A stretch of DNA of 62,961 nucleotides, filler included. It is 5 parts of 5 records of this genome, joined end to end, with 100 filler letters (N's around TTAATTAATTAA, not from the genome) between each part and the next. Parts side by side here need not be neighbours in the genome. Positions count along the whole stretch, not along the records: positions 39,871 to 52,736 come from DRR723986_5517; 4 more parts are not named here. One strand, written 5' to 3'. Below the pieces are notes generated by a model, which worked only from the letters and a program-made list of their open reading frames with translations, made no database searches and had not been told where the DNA came from. Both the position numbers and the translations under genes were made by a program. Within the stretch, counting starts at the first letter, position 1. Each line of letters opens with the position of its first letter. Positions 41,116 to 50,129 of this stretch are shown piece by piece.

Positions 41116-41483
41116 CTATAAACTCTATGGTTTCCAAGCGACAGATGCGTCGCTTCCGCCTCGGCACGCTCTTGCATTGCCTCCGGGGCAAGGCTCTTGA
41201 ATGGGAGCGTGCAATCAGCATCGAATTGTCTTGTTCGACTAGCCAGAAAAGCAATCGACAGTCTATTTTTCGAGTTGCTCAAGTGGCGAATCGGGCGAAA
41301 TTATACGGCTGGTTCACTAAACCAGCAACGCTCCGAAGGACGCGCGGTCGCTTCCAATGGCCAATGCGGCTTCATCTCCCCTTGATGAGCAGATTGGGCG
41401 CTTCGGCCGCCCGTTACGCCTTCCCGCTGGACTTGTGATTCATCACTGAGAACCTTCATCAGCATTTCGAGGCGGACAAGACG

Positions 41484-42278
41484 TTGACCAAAGCCAACTG
41501 GCAATTGCCCCCTGGAGTGAGTCGCGGGACCTGGGACTACGTCAACAGCAAGGCAATTGCAGCCGGCTACGACGACTACGTTTCGAACAACCCTTTGCTT
41601 CAGATTGACGAAGAACTGGTCCGTGAAGTCGTCAGCCGTTTCGATAAGCCAGCTCCAGTGGTGGCAGATTTTGGTTGCGGCACCGGTCGAATCGCAAGAG
41701 CCCTCCTGCCGATGGGTTGCTCAATGATCAATGTCGACCTGAGTGAGCACATGCTTGCCGAACTAGATCAGAGTCTACCGGACGAGCATCGCGATCGATC
41801 CACCCAAGTCTGCTGCTCGTTGGTGGATCTGCAGAAGCACGTCACGGCTGCATCCGTTGACGTTGGCGTTTGCCTGTTCAGCAGCATTGGGATGATTGCG
41901 GGGCGAGACAACCGCCGAAAGTTCTTGGCTGCGGCTCGCGAGACACTCGCACCGGGCGGCGTTCTGATTCTGCACGTTCACAACCGCTACAGTAGCCTGC
42001 GGGATCCGGGTGGACCAAAGTGGCTGCTGGGTACGTGGCTGCGAAGTTGGGTGAATCGATCGGTTGAACCTGGCGATCGAGTCTATGCATACCGCGGCTT
42101 GCCAAGCATGTTCCTGCACATTTATTCTCATCGGGAGCTAATGCAGGATCTCAAATCTGTTGGCTTTGCGAGCATTGAAACTCGCTCTATTAGCCTGCGT
42201 GGCGATGAAGTGTCCAAACGCAAGAAAACCTTTCATTCGCTGAGGGCCGGAGGCTATTTCGCACTCTGTTCAAGCTGA
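41484..42278 (+). CDS. Class I SAM-dependent methyltransferase (planctomycete type)
   Basis: Motifs 'VADFGCGTGR', 'VDLSEHML', 'LAPGGVLILHVHN'. Confidence 0.85.
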   Translation: MTKANWQLPPGVSRGTWDYVNSKAIAAGYDDYVSNNPLLQIDEELVREVVSRFDKPAPVVADFGCGTGRIARALLPMGCSMINVDLSEHMLAELDQSLPDEHRDRSTQVCCSLVDLQKHVTAASVDVGVCLFSSIGMIAGRDNRRKFLAAARETLAPGGVLILHVHNRYSSLRDPGGPKWLLGTWLRSWVNRSVEPGDRVYAYRGLPSMFLHIYSHRELMQDLKSVGFASIETRSISLRGDEVSKRKKTFHSLRAGGYFALCSS

Positions 42279-42492
42279 CCCGCACGTTGTTGGAACGAAC
42301 CTAGCCTACCGAACTTCCACTGATGGGTCCGTCGATTTGCTGTCCAATCCGGACCAGTGTTCCGCCTTCTTACGCACCAGCAGATCAATGAGACGGTAGA
42401 ATGCAGACGGACTCGCTTCCTGATGCTGCAACAATCCGATGTACTCAAATTGATTACTGTACCCGACTTCTAGCTGACAAAGGTCTCTGGCA

Positions 42493-43227
42493 ATGCCCCG
42501 AACTGTTCGAACGATCGGCTTGGCTTCACTAGTTGCTTTCTTCTCTACTGTTCTGTGCCCGGCAATCGTCAGTGCACAGGAATTCGTTGACGCGGTTGTG
42601 GGACAGCAGGCCATCCGTCTGGCTCCCGCCATGCAAGCAGTTCCTGCGGGACCAGAGAACAATTTCCAGCTCCGACTCGTGAAAATCAAACTTGATGACC
42701 ACGAGGACGGACCCAGGTTCATTTGCATGATCGACCGCATGGTCAAAGAGGAGCAGGAGGTCCGCGTCACTGTGATGAAGCAGGAGAAGAAGGAACAGAC
42801 CTATACGGTCACAGTAAATGGCAAGGAAGAAACGAAGACAAGGGAAGTCAACGTCATGGTTCCCGTCACACAGAAGGTGAAGCGACAGGTTGAAGTCCCT
42901 AGAGGCAAGCGGCCGTTGATCGTCCCTTTTTCGGATGCCCGACTCTATCGCCTGGACGGAACGCTTCTTTCTGCGGAGGAGGCAGCCAAGGCACTTCCGA
43001 CGCTTAAGACTGTTATCGTCACTCGACTTCAAGGGAGAGACACAGAACCAGCCGCTAAGCTACTTGGCGATGTTCTAGATGCAGACACCCTTTTCTTCGA
43101 TTCGGATGTACTCAACGAGGCTCTTCAGCCACTACGTTTTCGTGTGGGACAGCCAATTCCGGCGAATGTACTGCAGCTTCCTCCTGCTGTGCCTGTAGAA
43201 CTCGAACCCGCAGTCCAAATCAAGTAG
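42493..43227 (+). CDS. Exported planctomycete protein with a YTV-like beta-hairpin segment
   Basis: Signal peptide ending 'VSA-Q'. Central 'VRVTVMKQEKKEQTYTVTVNGKEETKTREVNVMVPVTQKVKRQV'. Confidence 0.6.
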   Translation: MPRTVRTIGLASLVAFFSTVLCPAIVSAQEFVDAVVGQQAIRLAPAMQAVPAGPENNFQLRLVKIKLDDHEDGPRFICMIDRMVKEEQEVRVTVMKQEKKEQTYTVTVNGKEETKTREVNVMVPVTQKVKRQVEVPRGKRPLIVPFSDARLYRLDGTLLSAEEAAKALPTLKTVIVTRLQGRDTEPAAKLLGDVLDADTLFFDSDVLNEALQPLRFRVGQPIPANVLQLPPAVPVELEPAVQIK

Positions 43228-44398
43228 TAGCATTCAAGAGCGCTGCTGCGAAGCCGAGCACGTCACTTCGGTCCTTGCTGATTTGCTGCATCGCAGTGTA
43301 ATCACCCATGCGTTGGCTGAGCTGCAGGAGGGTTGGTGCGATGCCAACCGTTCGTGCGTCAGCAGGCAATCGCTTCTTGAACACTTCGAGTGCCTCAGCG
43401 TGGCGTCCACAGCGCGACAACAGGTCAATTAAGACCTCGACGGCAACGGTTCCGTACTCTTGCTGGCTGACCGAATCGGCTTTTTGCTGGAAGAAGCGAA
43501 TCCCTCGATCTACGTTCTGATCCAACAAGGCTTCGAAGAATGCGATCGAAGCAGGGTATAGGTCCAGGAACGGCTCCTCGCCAGGATACTGATACTGGCG
43601 GTGCAGTCGGCGACCATACTTCGAAATGTCGAGAGCCAACTCAAGTGACTTTTTGTCATCCAGGACTCGAGCAAACCGAACCGTCGAAGCAAGGTGGCTC
43701 GTGTCGAGATGGTAGGCTCCGCCTTCCAAGAGTTCTGCCCGCGAAGCAACTAGTTCACCGAGTGTTGTTTCGTTTGGCATCGATCCCTCGCGCTGCTCGA
43801 TATCGCGCCGCACGTTCTCAATCAATTCTGAGTGCACGTGTTTGACAAGCAGCTCCGCAGCATCTTGCTGATCCGCACGAGGCCGGGCTGCCAAAGCTGA
43901 TTCGAACAAGGTGATGCTATTGCATGTTCCCAGTCGCTCGAGGGCCAAGCTATAGCCTCGTCGGACGTCGACGGCCTCGTGGACAAGCACCTCGAGCAGT
44001 GCATCAACGTTGTCGTCGTTGGGCTGCACCTTAGCGACGGCCGCACGGGCCACTTTCCGATCACCCACTGGCCGCAGGTACATCCAACCTTCGCGTATCT
44101 GTCCATCGGCGAAGAACAACTCGCCAACTTCCCGACAGGCATCCAAGAGCCCGCGTTCGAGCTGGAGCTCTACCTCTTCTTCGGCTCGATCCTCCTGTTC
44201 AGCTTGAGCTGGCGGCAGACCGAGCTCGCTACGAAGCAGCATTTTCTTTGCTTCAAACAGCTCGTGGTAACGCCGCTGCCCCTGCAGAAAAGTGCACAAC
44301 TCCAACAAGGCCTGACGTTTATCACCGCCAGCGACCTTTTCCTCAAATTGCTTATAAACTTCAGCCTCGGCAGCTACAGATGTAGAGTCAGCACTCAT
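43220..44398 (-). CDS. Conserved hypothetical all-alpha (TPR-like) protein
   Basis: About 390 aa helical ORF with natural composition and one conserved-looking block, 'YHLDTSHLASTVRFAR'. Confidence 0.7.
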   Translation of the reverse strand: MSADSTSVAAEAEVYKQFEEKVAGGDKRQALLELCTFLQGQRRYHELFEAKKMLLRSELGLPPAQAEQEDRAEEEVELQLERGLLDACREVGELFFADGQIREGWMYLRPVGDRKVARAAVAKVQPNDDNVDALLEVLVHEAVDVRRGYSLALERLGTCNSITLFESALAARPRADQQDAAELLVKHVHSELIENVRRDIEQREGSMPNETTLGELVASRAELLEGGAYHLDTSHLASTVRFARVLDDKKSLELALDISKYGRRLHRQYQYPGEEPFLDLYPASIAFFEALLDQNVDRGIRFFQQKADSVSQQEYGTVAVEVLIDLLSRCGRHAEALEVFKKRLPADARTVGIAPTLLQLSQRMGDYTAMQQISKDRSDVLGFAAALLNATT

Positions 44399-44673
44399 GT
44401 CGTTTTGCTTTTTGTCACTATTCAATTGCTTTTTCGGCACTCTCTGGCGCTCCGTCCCCTAGCAAAAGGATGCGAGGACAATCAAGAATGGTAGCCGCTG
44501 CCGGAGGGATTACGATCTCTAGCGACACCAAAAGGGTCTCGATCTAGTCCAACCAATGCGGCAACACTTCAGTATAGCGACAACACAGTTTTTGGCTGCG
44601 AGGGCTGTTGTGGCGTGCCCCGCAACACAAACCTCCAAATTGACCCGATCAATCTCATCGAAGAAACGAATTG

Positions 44674-46599
44674 ATGGCAAGTGGCAAACCTTCCTTTGAT
44701 GGCCTTCGGATTGCGTCCCTGGAAAGCCGCAAATCCAAAGAGATGGATCGCATGATCGCCAAGTTTGGCGGCGAGCCATTCGTCAGCCCAAGTATGCGAG
44801 AAGTCCCGCTCGACGAAAATCCAGCGGCGGTCGATTTTGCTTATCGCGTCATCACCGGAGAGATTAACGTTGTCGTTTGGCTCACCGGAGTTGGCTTCCG
44901 ACAACTGGTTAAGGCGATTGAGCGGAAGCTTGACAAGCAAAGATTCTTTGACGCTCTGAGTGATATCACCACAATTGCACGTGGCCCAAAGCCTACTGCT
45001 GCTTTGCGCGAAGTCGGCATTGAGGTAACGCATCGCGTTCCAGAACCGAACACTTGGCGAGAGCTGTTGGCCACCATCGATCAACATGTTCCCATCACCA
45101 ACCAGCTCGTCGGACTTCAGGAATATGGCAAAACGAACACCAGCTTGGTAGCCGGACTGGAGGCTCGAGGCGCGACGGTCATTCCGGTGCAAGTGTACGC
45201 TTGGGACCTACCCGAAGACACACGACCACTGGAAGAAAACATACAGGCCATCGTGGCAGGGCAGCGCGATTGCGTTCTTGTAACAAGTGCTCATCAAGTG
45301 GCAAACCTGTTGCGGATCGCCGCGGAGATGGGCGTCGAAGAGCACCTGCGAGCAGCCTTGGAGGATACGATCGTCGCATCAATTGGACCGACTACGTCGG
45401 AAATGTTATCGGCGAACGGCCTTCCGGTCGATCTTGAACCAGAGCATCCCAAGATGGGACATTTGGTTATGGAATGCGCACAGCGCGCACCTAGACTCTT
45501 GGCAGGTCGCAAAGCACGAGCGGTCGTCACCGAACAACGAGGAAACCCTCCGATGGATACAAATGCGGCTTGGTACGATAGTCCCTTCATGAAAGCATGT
45601 CGCCAGGAAGCAGCCGAGGTAACGCCAGTTTGGCTGATGCGGCAGGCTGGTCGTTATATGCAGGAATATCGTTCCGTCCGCGAAAACTTCACCTTCCTGG
45701 AACTCTGCAAACGCCCAGAGATCTGTGCCGAAGTGATGGTTACGGCCGTTGAGAAACTGGGCGTCGATGCGGCGATCATCTTCAGCGATCTGCTCCCCAT
45801 CCTTGAACCCATGGGAATGGACCTGGAGTTTGCCAAGGGCGATGGACCGGTCATTCACAATCCAATTCGAACCAACCAAGACATCGATCGCGTCACCGAA
45901 CTTGAATCGATGGAATCGCTTCAGTTTGTTATGGATACGGTCACGCAAACGCGAGCCGCTATCAAACAGCACATTCCGATTATCGGCTTTGCAGGCGCAC
46001 CATTTACGCTCGCAAGCTATATGATCGAAGGCGGCAGCAGTCGCAACTACTTGTTCACAAAATCGCTGATGTATCGTGACGAACCCGCGTGGCGAACATT
46101 GATGGAGAAGCTCTCCAGCACGATTGCACTTTACCTGAATCATCAGATCGCCGCCGGAGCTCAGTGCGTGCAGTTGTTCGATTCCTGGGTCGGCTGCTTG
46201 TCGGTTCAAGACTATCTAAAATACGTCGCACCGTATGTGAAGATTATCATCGACAGCATTGTCCCGGGTGTTCCTGTTATCAACTTTGGAACCGGCAATC
46301 CTTCACTGTTGCCACACATGCGTGGGGACAAGCGAACGGTTGTTGGCGTCGATTGGCGGACCCCACTAGACGAAGCTTGGCAAACGATCGGCCATGACCG
46401 CGCAGTGCAGGGAAATCTCGATCCTCTGGCCCTGATGGCGGAGCAGGATCACCTAAAGTCCATGGCGTCCGACGTACTCACGCGGGCCGGTGGAAGAGCA
46501 GGTCACATCTTCAACCTCGGCCATGGCATTCTGCCTCAGACACCCGTCGATAACGCCGTGGCGCTGGTCGACATGGTGCATCAAATGAGCAGCCGGTAG
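44674..46599 (+). CDS. hemE: Fused uroporphyrinogen-III synthase (HemD) / uroporphyrinogen decarboxylase (HemE)
   Basis: N-terminal HemD-like region ('ARGPKP', 'VYAW', 'ASIGPTTSE'). C-terminal HemE ('PVWLMRQAGRYM', 'AAIIFSDLL', 'QGNLDP', 'HIFNLGHGI'). Confidence 0.9.
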   Translation: MASGKPSFDGLRIASLESRKSKEMDRMIAKFGGEPFVSPSMREVPLDENPAAVDFAYRVITGEINVVVWLTGVGFRQLVKAIERKLDKQRFFDALSDITTIARGPKPTAALREVGIEVTHRVPEPNTWRELLATIDQHVPITNQLVGLQEYGKTNTSLVAGLEARGATVIPVQVYAWDLPEDTRPLEENIQAIVAGQRDCVLVTSAHQVANLLRIAAEMGVEEHLRAALEDTIVASIGPTTSEMLSANGLPVDLEPEHPKMGHLVMECAQRAPRLLAGRKARAVVTEQRGNPPMDTNAAWYDSPFMKACRQEAAEVTPVWLMRQAGRYMQEYRSVRENFTFLELCKRPEICAEVMVTAVEKLGVDAAIIFSDLLPILEPMGMDLEFAKGDGPVIHNPIRTNQDIDRVTELESMESLQFVMDTVTQTRAAIKQHIPIIGFAGAPFTLASYMIEGGSSRNYLFTKSLMYRDEPAWRTLMEKLSSTIALYLNHQIAAGAQCVQLFDSWVGCLSVQDYLKYVAPYVKIIIDSIVPGVPVINFGTGNPSLLPHMRGDKRTVVGVDWRTPLDEAWQTIGHDRAVQGNLDPLALMAEQDHLKSMASDVLTRAGGRAGHIFNLGHGILPQTPVDNAVALVDMVHQMSSR

Positions 46600-46620
46600 A
46601 GCAATGAGCAGCCGATAGAG
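46584..46620 (+). repeat. Tandem 18-bp duplication of the hemE 3' end
   Basis: AATGAGCAGCCGGTAGAG (46584-46601) and AATGAGCAGCCGATAGAG (46603-46620). Confidence 0.8.
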
Positions 46621-46662
46621 GGTTGTTCATCCTGGCTGTATGGCCGCCGCAGAATGTGCGCA

Positions 46663-47118
46663 CTAGCTGCTCACAGCGGCGTCTTCGTTGAGAATCGGCG
46701 AAAAGACACTTCGTTGCATCGTCTTCATCCGCCGCAGGATACGTGGTTTGCAGAACGCTGCCGCGCTACTTGGCTCAAGTGTCCACAATTGTGGATTGAT
46801 GAACATCAGCGTCGGATCAGCTACGTTCTTCACCGCGGCCAATCGCTTCAGCAGCCGTCGTTGCGACCAAGTTAGGTTGTTTGCTCGGCTCAGTTCTCGG
46901 AACAACCGCGATCTGCTGTTGAGCGGTCGCCGCATTCGATGCCGAACATAGAAATGAATACCGATAGCGGCGACGACTGCGACAAGACAGATTGCGATGA
47001 GCATGATCGTATTCGAGTTACTTGAACGTGAATTGGAGTGTGCACTGAATCCTTGGCTCAAACTACTGATGCGCCCCGTAGCCAAGACTAAATACTGGTC
47101 AACTATAGAACTATCCAC
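46663..47118 (-). CDS. Small single-TM hypothetical protein with basic cytoplasmic domain
   Basis: GGAGG RBS, a TM segment 'IMLIAICLVAVVAAIGIHFYV', then an Arg-rich domain. Confidence 0.7.
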   Translation of the reverse strand: MDSSIVDQYLVLATGRISSLSQGFSAHSNSRSSNSNTIMLIAICLVAVVAAIGIHFYVRHRMRRPLNSRSRLFRELSRANNLTWSQRRLLKRLAAVKNVADPTLMFINPQLWTLEPSSAAAFCKPRILRRMKTMQRSVFSPILNEDAAVSS

Positions 47119-47205
47119 TTCGCAACCTCCTTTAAAACGGGTGCAAAGCTAAGCATTTCGTGAACTGGGGCTAGGACCACGAATACTCAACCTCCGACTG
47201 CTTCC

Positions 47206-48933
47206 TTACTGAAGCAATACTTTACTCCTGGGCTGGCGTTTGAGCCGACGAGCGGCTTTTTCGGCAGCTATCTGAACATCCGTGCTGGGGTCATTCAACA
47301 ACTCTTCCAATCGATCTTCGATGATTGAGTGATTCAAGTTTGAAAGTAGTTCAATCGCTTGAACTCGAACCTCCAGGTGCGGGTCGTCGATCATGGGCAG
47401 CAATTGCTCCATGGTCTCCGCACTGGCGTCCAAGAGCGTCACCGCGCCAATGGCAGCGAGACGACGTTTGGGAGCAGGGCTTTGCAGTTCTTTCGACAAG
47501 AATGTTCCGACGCCATCTTCTAATAAGTTGACCGTCGGCGCCATCGCTTTACACATGGGTCGAGGCCAATTGCGAAGGGCGTCGAGAAAACCTTGGATAG
47601 TAAATTCGCTGAAGAAGTGGCGAGCTGCGTATTCTAGTTCGGTTGTGCCACAGTCAATCCACTGCGCAACGTCTGAGATCCGCCGGCCTAGCAGTTTTGT
47701 GTTTCCGGGATTCAGGCTTGCCTTCTGCAGTTCGCTGACCATCTCTTCAAGCGGCGGTCGTCGGCAACCGCGAACCATCGCCGCGGCGACCTCATAAGAC
47801 TCCGGTGCATCTGAGGTAGCCAGTTGATTTGCGCCACGCAGCACCAGTGCCAGATCATCCGACGAGGCGGAGATCATCAGCCAGATACGTCGCTGTATTT
47901 CCGGCGGAAGGATGTCCATGTTCCCTTCAACCTTGCTCAGGCAGGGCAGGGGAGGGAGCCGGCGGAGGCTGTTCATCGCGGCCGCCATCGTATCGTCTTT
48001 GAGCTGCTTGGCCATCTGAACGGCGAGCTCTGGCTCGGCCCGCTCTTGCAACAGGTCAACAACCCACTTCGGGGACGTACGAGCGCGCGTCAGATATCCA
48101 GCCAAGAGCTGAATCACGGAAGGCGATTTGCTCGATACCAACCTCACCATAATGGGGCGATGTGCCTCGTGCAGTGGGTCGGACATGATCCGCCGGTGAT
48201 CGGTATCGTCCCAATGGACCAAGTGGAGCCAAGCTTCAATCAAATCGCCACACCGGTGCTCGTGAAAGAGAACCAGTTGATAGTGCAACTTCTCGACCAG
48301 TGGCCCCCGAACCGACGGAGTGTCGCGGCTCGTCCGCGCCTTGCTCCCCCAGTACTTGCACATCTCTAAGAGGCAATTGCTGGCCGCCATTTGAAGCGGT
48401 GAGTCCTTGTCCAGGACGACCTCTAAGACCGAATCCACCGCTTGGGTTAGACCAAGACCGGCGATCACGTTGAGCGCAAGAGCTTTTTCCTGGACGTTCC
48501 CGCTCGCGAGCAGGTCCGAAGCGGCGGTTGCCAAGCGAGTCGATGACTGCCGAAGTGTTTCAATCTCTTCTTCTGAAAGGTTTGACCACGCTAGGACAAT
48601 TGCTTGCTGCGCTTCCGGCTCTTTTCTCTTGCTGAGTGCTCGCAAGGCCGAGCTGCGGATAGGGCCCGCGCCAAGCTCGAGGGCCTGGGTGAGCGTGGAA
48701 ACCGACGCCAGATTCAGGCTGTTTTCCAAACACCGAAAGGTTGCATTGTTCGGGACAACATCGGGAACTGCCAAAGCCTTCTCCTGCTGCGCATCCGCAC
48801 CTATCGCACTCTCGTCGACAGGGGTTTGCCCCGCTTGGGAAGAGTGCTCTTGTGAAACGTGTCCTACCTCAAAGGCAGGCCCATCTGAAACATGGGATAG
48901 GAAATCTGTGGCGGAGTGACTTTTGTGGGGCAT
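47206..48933 (-). CDS. HEAT-repeat protein
   Basis: HEAT-like units 'IRSSALRALS', 'PKRRLAAIGAV', 'DDPHLEVRVQAIELL', 'LNDPSTDVQIAAEKA'. Start uncertain. Confidence 0.75.
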   Translation of the reverse strand: MPHKSHSATDFLSHVSDGPAFEVGHVSQEHSSQAGQTPVDESAIGADAQQEKALAVPDVVPNNATFRCLENSLNLASVSTLTQALELGAGPIRSSALRALSKRKEPEAQQAIVLAWSNLSEEEIETLRQSSTRLATAASDLLASGNVQEKALALNVIAGLGLTQAVDSVLEVVLDKDSPLQMAASNCLLEMCKYWGSKARTSRDTPSVRGPLVEKLHYQLVLFHEHRCGDLIEAWLHLVHWDDTDHRRIMSDPLHEAHRPIMVRLVSSKSPSVIQLLAGYLTRARTSPKWVVDLLQERAEPELAVQMAKQLKDDTMAAAMNSLRRLPPLPCLSKVEGNMDILPPEIQRRIWLMISASSDDLALVLRGANQLATSDAPESYEVAAAMVRGCRRPPLEEMVSELQKASLNPGNTKLLGRRISDVAQWIDCGTTELEYAARHFFSEFTIQGFLDALRNWPRPMCKAMAPTVNLLEDGVGTFLSKELQSPAPKRRLAAIGAVTLLDASAETMEQLLPMIDDPHLEVRVQAIELLSNLNHSIIEDRLEELLNDPSTDVQIAAEKAARRLKRQPRSKVLLQ

Positions 48934-49544
48934 CGCGTCAAAAAACAGTAGGGGCAAGATTGAGTGTCCGCACAACCCGCAGAACGAGTGCTGGGTTGGA
49001 CCAGCATCTTCGAAGTGCGTTTTGCTCGCTGCCCTGGGTGACCAGCGTGTTACTAGCAAAAAAGCATCTCTGTTCGACATTTTCAGTCGAAGCCGTGGCC
49101 ATCGCTCTTTGCTAGCTTGGAAGCCTGACTTGGGAATCGGACTTTTTTTCAATTCCGCTGGAGAATTTGTAAACAGACGCGACCACAAAGCGTCTAAAGG
49201 TTACCGATTACATAAAGTGAAACAGTTAGACGGATTGCACGGCATCAGACTACGCTCGCCGACGCGAACCTGTCAGGCAATTCTGTTTCCTTATGACCAA
49301 AGGTGACACGCCTGAATGGATAATGGCGTTGCCGAAGCGGTGGACGTTCAATGACGTTGCTGCGGGTAGCAAATCACGGGTGTAAAGGGGAATTATCTGA
49401 CTCATTTTGAGACTAGTCTCGTGAGTGCGACATCTGCTAGCAAATCGATATTGATAGCAATTCGCAAAGCTGATAGTGTTCCTTTTTCACCAATCCAGCA
49501 CGACCTTGAACGAAAACCACCGATTCAACGTAGTTTCATTGACT

Positions 49545-49561
49545 TGGGCACAGGCGTTGCT
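49545..49561 (+). promoter_or_regulatory. Probable sigma-54 (-24/-12) promoter of csrA
   Basis: TGGGCACAGGCGTTGCT has exact GG-N10-GC spacing with GGCAC and TTGC blocks, and one mismatch to TGGCAC. Confidence 0.6.
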
Positions 49562-49706
49562 GCTCCCAAGGAATTGATATGATTCACTTGAATCAAAGTT
49601 GCAGAAACGCTCGGTTTTCTCCCAAGGTTTGTAAGAGTGCAACGATGTTCAGGGTGAGGCAACACGATTAGTGCTGCCAAAAGGATTCTTTAAAGGAGTA
49701 TGGAGT

Positions 49707-49958
49707 ATGTTGGTACTTAGTCGCAAAGAAGGCGAAAAGCTGGTCATCGGTGACAACATCAGCTTGGTCGTGTCCAAGATATCGGGTAACCGGGTGACGC
49801 TTGGAATTGAGGCTCCGGCTGACGTGAAGATTTTTCGCGGCGAGCTCAAAGACAAGAAGCAAAAGCAGCCAAAGATTGTCCCGCTTCGCCGGGCTGCCAC
49901 GGTAACGATCGATTTGGACGAAGAGCAATTCGCAGATGCTCAACGGCAGGCGATGTAG
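49707..49958 (+). CDS. csrA: Carbon storage regulator CsrA family protein with C-terminal extension
   Basis: Sequence 'MLVLSRKEGEKLVIGDNI...NRVTLGIEAPADVKIFRGEL'. Confidence 0.9.
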   Translation: MLVLSRKEGEKLVIGDNISLVVSKISGNRVTLGIEAPADVKIFRGELKDKKQKQPKIVPLRRAATVTIDLDEEQFADAQRQAM

Positions 49959-50129
49959 TCAACATGCACTCTTCTCAGCGCGGCGGCTCGTTGTTCTTTG
50001 GTAACAACGCGGCAGTGTTCGCGCTGAGAACCGCATGTTCACCGCTTGCCCAACCTGCAGTTGGCTCCAGTTCTTATAAACTCAAAACCAAAATTATATT
50101 GTCGGTCGGTGGAATTAGCTTGCCGCTCT

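Noticed and set aside
41161..41177. TCGGCACGCTCTTGCA as a sigma-54 promoter
   Set aside because: The GG-to-GC spacing is 9, not the required 10.
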